Of a stretch of DNA of 64,000 nucleotides, positions 59,978-64,000 are shown piece after piece. The first letter of the stretch is position 1; each line of letters opens with the position of its first letter. The DNA lies in NCBI GenBank assembly GCA_030740155.1, contig JASLXV010000085.1, positions 46,041-110,040 on the forward strand, read 5' to 3'. The notes under the pieces were generated by a model that was given only the letters and a program-made list of their open reading frames with translations, was not told where the DNA came from and ran no database searches. Origin of the DNA: Dehalococcoidia bacterium. GTDB taxonomy: Bacteria; Chloroflexota; Dehalococcoidia; Lucifugimonadales; UBA3495. A program made the position numbers and the translations under genes.

Positions 59978-61282
59978 TTACCGATGCGCGGCGTATCCGG
60001 TACGAGTCAGGAACTCCGTGGCCCTGGCGAACTTCTCGCCCACCCTGGCTCCCTCCAACTCCCTGGGCGACCGTGGCAACTGGACCGGGCCGTGCTCCCT
60101 GGAGGGCAGGATAACCGTGCCGCGAGAGGGCGCGACCACTTCGCCTCGCTGGTTGGTCAGGTTCATCTCCACGTCCACCAGGCATCCCAGCTCCGGCGAT
60201 GTGTACTTGTCAACGACATTCCCGCTGAACCGTATCACGTCGCCGATGTAGACGAACCGGCGTATCTGGTCGTACTCGCGCCACAGCCAGGCGTCGTCCC
60301 CCATCCAGTTGGTCAGATAGTTGCAAACCCAGGCGTTGCGCTGCCAGCCGTAGTCGTAAGCGTAGGGGTTGCCGATGCTCCGGGCCCAGGCGTCCTCCCA
60401 GTGCACTCGCTCGACCACGTCGGGCACGCCGAACTCGTTGAGCGAAAAGGCCCGCGGATGGCGCTTGTAACTCTGGTGGCGAATCTTGTGGGCCTTGGCG
60501 AAGCGTGCCTCCGACCCCTGGAGGAAGCAGAGCAGGTCGGTGAGCAAGATAGGACCCTTGACCATGGGCCTCATCTCGTCTCCCACCTGCACGTCCTCCC
60601 AATAGCGAGGCAGGGCGCCCCGGACCTCCTCGTTTTCGGTCAGCTCATCGATCTCTTTTAGCATCTCGGGGGTATAGTAAGGCTGTTTGATATCCATGTA
60701 CTTGCGTTGCTTGCCGGCGGCCACCGCGCGTTGCGTCCGGGTGGTCCAGTCGCGCCATATCGCCACCAGCTCGTTCCGCTGGTTCCAGAAGATGCCCCGC
60801 ACCCGGGATATGATCACGGACCGCCCGCTGAAGGCGCTGTTTTCCTTTACATCGACGCCGACGATGGGGAAGCCGATTCGAACAATCTTGTCTCCCTCAC
60901 GAACCGGATTGTAGAATTCGATGTCGTTGCCTGAATAGAACCCGTGGATGCCGGCCATGGCGCCGCCCCTGCCCCGGTCCCGCACCTCCTTGGGTATCTC
61001 GGGTATCTCCTCGGTGGAGCCCATGTTGTAAATGTAGGTTGGAGGGGCGATTAGGCCGCCCCACCGGGTCTTCTTGGCGTACTCGTAGTCGGTGAAGAGG
61101 GGGTTGTCATCGCCGAGACCGTAAGCCCAGTGCCGCATAGTATCTCGGGACGCGACCTCAACCCAGGGTCGGTCCCAGGCCAGCGTAGGCGCGGCCACGC
61201 CGATCCGGGCCCGCGCGGCCTCGACCAGCTCGTCGGTAATCATCTCGCCGACGTCCAGTTTTTGCTGCTCTTGAGTGGCCAT
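59978..61282 (-). CDS. Double hot-dog MaoC/FAS1-like acyl-CoA dehydratase
   Basis: AYGLGDDNPLF, APPT, YNPVREGD, RYWEDVQVGDE, VHWE, YDYG, NWMGDD, YIGD, NQRG; RBS AAGGAGG. Confidence 0.88.
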   Translation of the reverse strand: MATQEQQKLDVGEMITDELVEAARARIGVAAPTLAWDRPWVEVASRDTMRHWAYGLGDDNPLFTDYEYAKKTRWGGLIAPPTYIYNMGSTEEIPEIPKEVRDRGRGGAMAGIHGFYSGNDIEFYNPVREGDKIVRIGFPIVGVDVKENSAFSGRSVIISRVRGIFWNQRNELVAIWRDWTTRTQRAVAAGKQRKYMDIKQPYYTPEMLKEIDELTENEEVRGALPRYWEDVQVGDEMRPMVKGPILLTDLLCFLQGSEARFAKAHKIRHQSYKRHPRAFSLNEFGVPDVVERVHWEDAWARSIGNPYAYDYGWQRNAWVCNYLTNWMGDDAWLWREYDQIRRFVYIGDVIRFSGNVVDKYTSPELGCLVDVEMNLTNQRGEVVAPSRGTVILPSREHGPVQLPRSPRELEGARVGEKFARATEFLTRTGYAAHR

Positions 61283-62070
61283 GGTAAGCCTCCTTCTTGA
61301 CGGTGTTGGCCTGGCCTGGCCCCAATTGCACCGAAGCTCTCTGAATCCACGCCGTCCGCCCTCGCCCGCCGCTGAACCGCCTCCAAAACCGCCAAGAGCA
61401 GGCGTAGGCTGGGGTTCAACGAAGTGAACGAACAGTCCCAGCTCTAGCTTGAAATGCTCTAACGCGGCTGAGATGGAGCCTTCAAGCCGGCCGTACTGAA
61501 GACTGGCCCAGGACGTTCATGGTAGCCTTCAGGTCATTCCGGAGCCAATCTTCCCACCGGAATGGCCAACCTTTCGTACCGGTAAGAGTTTCTTGCGGAA
61601 ACGAATCAAGAGTCCAGTGGCCGTCTTGCCATTTGGCTCCCCGGAGCTGTCGCCAGGAGGGCCTCCCGGTAATCCGTTGGACGCCCCTTTCCCAGCTTAT
61701 GCAAGGAAGCCGGTGGCCGCGCCGGCCGGTGCGCAACCGAAGTTATCCCTGAGTGGCAGCGAATCTTGCCCGAGTCTTGGCCCGTACCTGAGTTAGCCGA
61801 ATAACGCGGTGACCCGGACTCTCCCTGAGTCACCAGCAAGCGAAAGGCCAGCACCGGGCAATTCTACCCTATCAATATCCGGAATGCCATAGGCGTTCTT
61901 CCCGGCTGGTGTGAGCGGGCAGTGTTCGACTTAAGCGCTCATTCTCTATACCTCACAGTCGTACGCTGCTAACCTTATTATTTCACGTGTTCAAGGGAAC
62001 TAGCGCCCTAGAATCCGCTTCCACCACGCCCGTTTTGGACGGACGGCGGGTTCTCGGTTCGCGCAGATCG

Positions 62071-62344
62071 GAGGTCTTCAACACCGACCAAGGGCGGCAG
62101 TGCACCAGCGAGGGGTTCACCGGGCTCCTTGAGTAGTACGATGTCAGGATCAGCTTGGACGGGAAGGGGCGCTATACCGACAACATCTTCGTGGAAAGAC
62201 TGTGGCGCACCGATAAGTACGAGGAGGCCTACCTAAGAGCCTACTCCAACGGAAGGGAGGCTAGAGCCGGGTTCGACGCTTACTTCTTCTACAATACCCA
62301 AAGGCCCCATCAAGCTTTGGACTATCGGACACCAGCCGAGGTGC
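62071..62344 (+). mobile_element. IS3-family transposase C-terminal relic (internal TAG at 62134-62136)
   Basis: EVFNTDQG-Q-TS--F---LE*YDVRIS-DGKGR--DNIFVERLWRT-KYEE-YL..YN--RPHQAL-YRTPAEV. Confidence 0.88.
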
Positions 62345-62377
62345 TGTCAAGGGCGCTTGAAAACTGTACCGCCTGTC
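62345..62377. mobile_element. IS21-family-like terminal inverted repeat (one end only)
   Basis: TGTCAAGGGCGCTTGAAAACTGTACC starts where IS3 similarity stops and resembles IS21-type ends (TGT....G..TTGAAAA.TG.AC). Confidence 0.55.
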
Positions 62378-64000
62378 TGTCGATGACATACGATTAGGTC
62401 AGTAGCTAACGGTCGAGGGAAAATGTCAGTCATGGAAGGACTGACGTTGACCCAAAGAGAACAAGCGAGGTTAGGAGTTTTGAATCGGGTGTTACAGGGG
62501 TTTATGGGGGTAGGCGAGGCGGCCCACCTCCTAGGGGTGAGCGAACGCCATGCCTGGCGAATGTTGGCGGCATATCGGGAGGAAGGTGCCGCCGCGTTGG
62601 CCCATGGGAACCGGGGCCGTCGACCAGCCAACACCATCCCCGAGGAGATCCGGCAGCAGGTGATCACACTGGCCGGCACGCGCTACGCGAGGCTGAACCA
62701 GACGCATTTCACCGACCTGCTGGAGGAGCGTGAGGGCGTGATCCTGGCGCGCTCCACCGTGCGCAACATACTGGTGGGAGCCGGGATAGGCAGCCCCCGG
62801 CGGCGCCGACCCCCGCGCCATCGCGTCCGTCGAGAGCGCTTCCCCCAGGAAGGGATGTTGGTGCAGATCGACGGGAGTCACCATGACTGGCTGGGAGGCC
62901 GGGGCCCGGTGATGGCGTTGCTCTTGGCCGTGGACGACGCCACGGGCACGGTGCCATGGAGCCTGTTTCGTTACCAAGAGGACACTTACGGCTATTTCCT
63001 CCTGTTCCAGGGCATCCTCGAGCGCCGGGGGATTCCCCTGGCGGTGTACAGTGACCGCCACGCCGTCTTCCAGTTCACGGCCACAGCCCGGTGCCCGCTG
63101 GAGGACCATGTGGCCAGGGACCACGGCCTCACGCAATTCGGCCGGGCGATGGGGGAGCTGGGGGTGACGCAGATCTTTGCCCGATCACCGGAGGCGAAAG
63201 GGCGCGTCGAGCGGGCAGCGGGCACATTGCAGGATAGGCTGGTGGCCGAGCTCCGGCTGGCGGGGGCCAGCACCTTAGATGAGGCCAACTGTGTGCTCTG
63301 GGAGTTCTTGCCCCGGTACAACCAGCGCTTCGGCGTGCCAGCGGCCCACCCGGCCAGTGCTTACCGCCCAATGGACCCGGACCTGGACCTGGCTGGGGTC
63401 CTGTGTTTCAAGCATAACCGGAAAGTGGCGAGGGACAACACGGTGAAATACCAGTGGAGACCCGTGCAACTGCTCCCCGGACCGGACCGCCCCAGCTATG
63501 CGGGGACACGGGTGGAGGTGCAGGAGCGGTTGGATGGCCGCTTGGTTGTGAGCTACCAGGGCCGGATCATCCCCAGCCGGGAAGCACCCCCGAGGCCGTC
63601 AGTTCTCCGGATGGCCAACGGCATCCGGCCTTGGGAACCCACCACTACCCTTCAAAGCCTCGCGATGGGGGTGACCCCCGTTGGTGCCGGGGATCACCCC
63701 CATCGCGAGGGAGCTGCCGCAGGCAGCTATCGGCAGGCTACCAATGGAGTAGCTCGTCGCCTTGGCAGGCCACGTTCCCCAGCCCCACCAACAGGACAGA
63801 GCCGACGGCCCACCCCGCGTCAACAGGCACGCTGGAGGGCCGTACAGAAGGCCAAGCGCCGTGGACTGGGCCTTCGTGCTATCGCCAGGGAACTCGGTAT
63901 CCATCGGAACACTGCCCGCAAGTATGCTGCGGCTACCATTCCGCCCACCTATCCTAAACACCAGCCCAGCGTAACCACCGGAGTAAACGCAACTGACATA
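62378..64000 (+). mobile_element. ISNCY/IS1202-like insertion sequence, truncated by the window edge
   Basis: Left end TGTCGATGACATACGATTAGGTCAG..GAAAATGTCAGT; complementary ACTGACAT at 63992-63999 marks the probable start of the right end. Confidence 0.8.
62432..64000 (+). CDS. ISNCY/IS1202-type DDE transposase with an extra C-terminal HTH (no stop within the window)
   Basis: My translation is open throughout: MEGLTLTQREQARL..AAHLLGVSERHAWR..HGNRGR..VQIDGSHHDW..VDDATG..YSDRH..TQFGRAM..SPEAKGRVER--GTLQDRL..GLGLRAIARELGIHRNTARKY. Confidence 0.92.
   Translation, partial: MEGLTLTQREQARLGVLNRVLQGFMGVGEAAHLLGVSERHAWRMLAAYREEGAAALAHGNRGRRPANTIPEEIRQQVITLAGTRYARLNQTHFTDLLEEREGVILARSTVRNILVGAGIGSPRRRRPPRHRVRRERFPQEGMLVQIDGSHHDWLGGRGPVMALLLAVDDATGTVPWSLFRYQEDTYGYFLLFQGILERRGIPLAVYSDRHAVFQFTATARCPLEDHVARDHGLTQFGRAMGELGVTQIFARSPEAKGRVERAAGTLQDRLVAELRLAGASTLDEANCVLWEFLPRYNQRFGVPAAHPASAYRPMDPDLDLAGVLCFKHNRKVARDNTVKYQWRPVQLLPGPDRPSYAGTRVEVQERLDGRLVVSYQGRIIPSREAPPRPSVLRMANGIRPWEPTTTLQSLAMGVTPVGAGDHPHREGAAAGSYRQATNGVARRLGRPRSPAPPTGQSRRPTPRQQARWRAVQKAKRRGLGLRAIARELGIHRNTARKYAAATIPPTYPKHQPSVTTGVNATDI

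Noticed and set aside
61482..61900. Trp-rich minus-strand ORF or possible ncRNA
   Set aside because: No family motif, RBS or recognisable RNA structure; cannot be supported without a search.
61960..62000. Possible dif/Xer site near the IS1202-like element
   Set aside because: The AT-rich patch does not match XerC/XerD arms and is about 400 bp from the IS end.
62531..63974. ORF-track calls inside the terminal IS
   Set aside because: All are shadows of the real plus-strand transposase starting at 62432.
1..64000. CRISPR array, rRNA or tRNA genes
   Set aside because: No regularly spaced repeat-spacer array and no recognisable tRNA or rRNA sequence seen by eye.

Overview
GC-rich bacterial chromosomal window. 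I infer a Chloroflexota origin, probably Dehalococcoidia/SAR202-like, from T-box riboswitches in a high-GC genome plus paralogous CoA-transferase III, hot-dog and ThDP enzymes. Most of it is housekeeping: gltX-glnS, mtaB, tsaD, tilS, metG, fumC, fused accDA, menA-like, polyprenyl synthase, and ilvB-ilvN-ilvC-leuA. It ends in a catabolic CoA-transferase/dehydratase cluster and a nested IS stack. Highlights: (1) an ISNCY/IS1202-like transposase, absent from the ORF track because it runs off the window, carries an extra C-terminal IstA-like HTH and is inserted 33 bp inside an IS21-like terminal repeat, itself inserted in an IS3 relic. (2) An AhpD/CMD-like protein is fused to a primase/D5-type winged-helix domain hidden by a 1-nt frameshift. 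(3) GreA is fused to an integrase-like core-binding domain. (4) Two ilvB paralogs have T-boxes with different specifier codons (Ile AUC vs Leu CUC). (5) An IscR-type operator overlaps the promoter of a DUF59 gene upstream of an Mrp gene lacking the CXXC motif. (6) A CrtI/RetSat-like oxidoreductase overlaps menA. (7) There are several broken genes and several families of REP-like palindromes. No rRNA, tRNA or CRISPR array was seen. All family assignments come from motif recognition by eye, not database searches.
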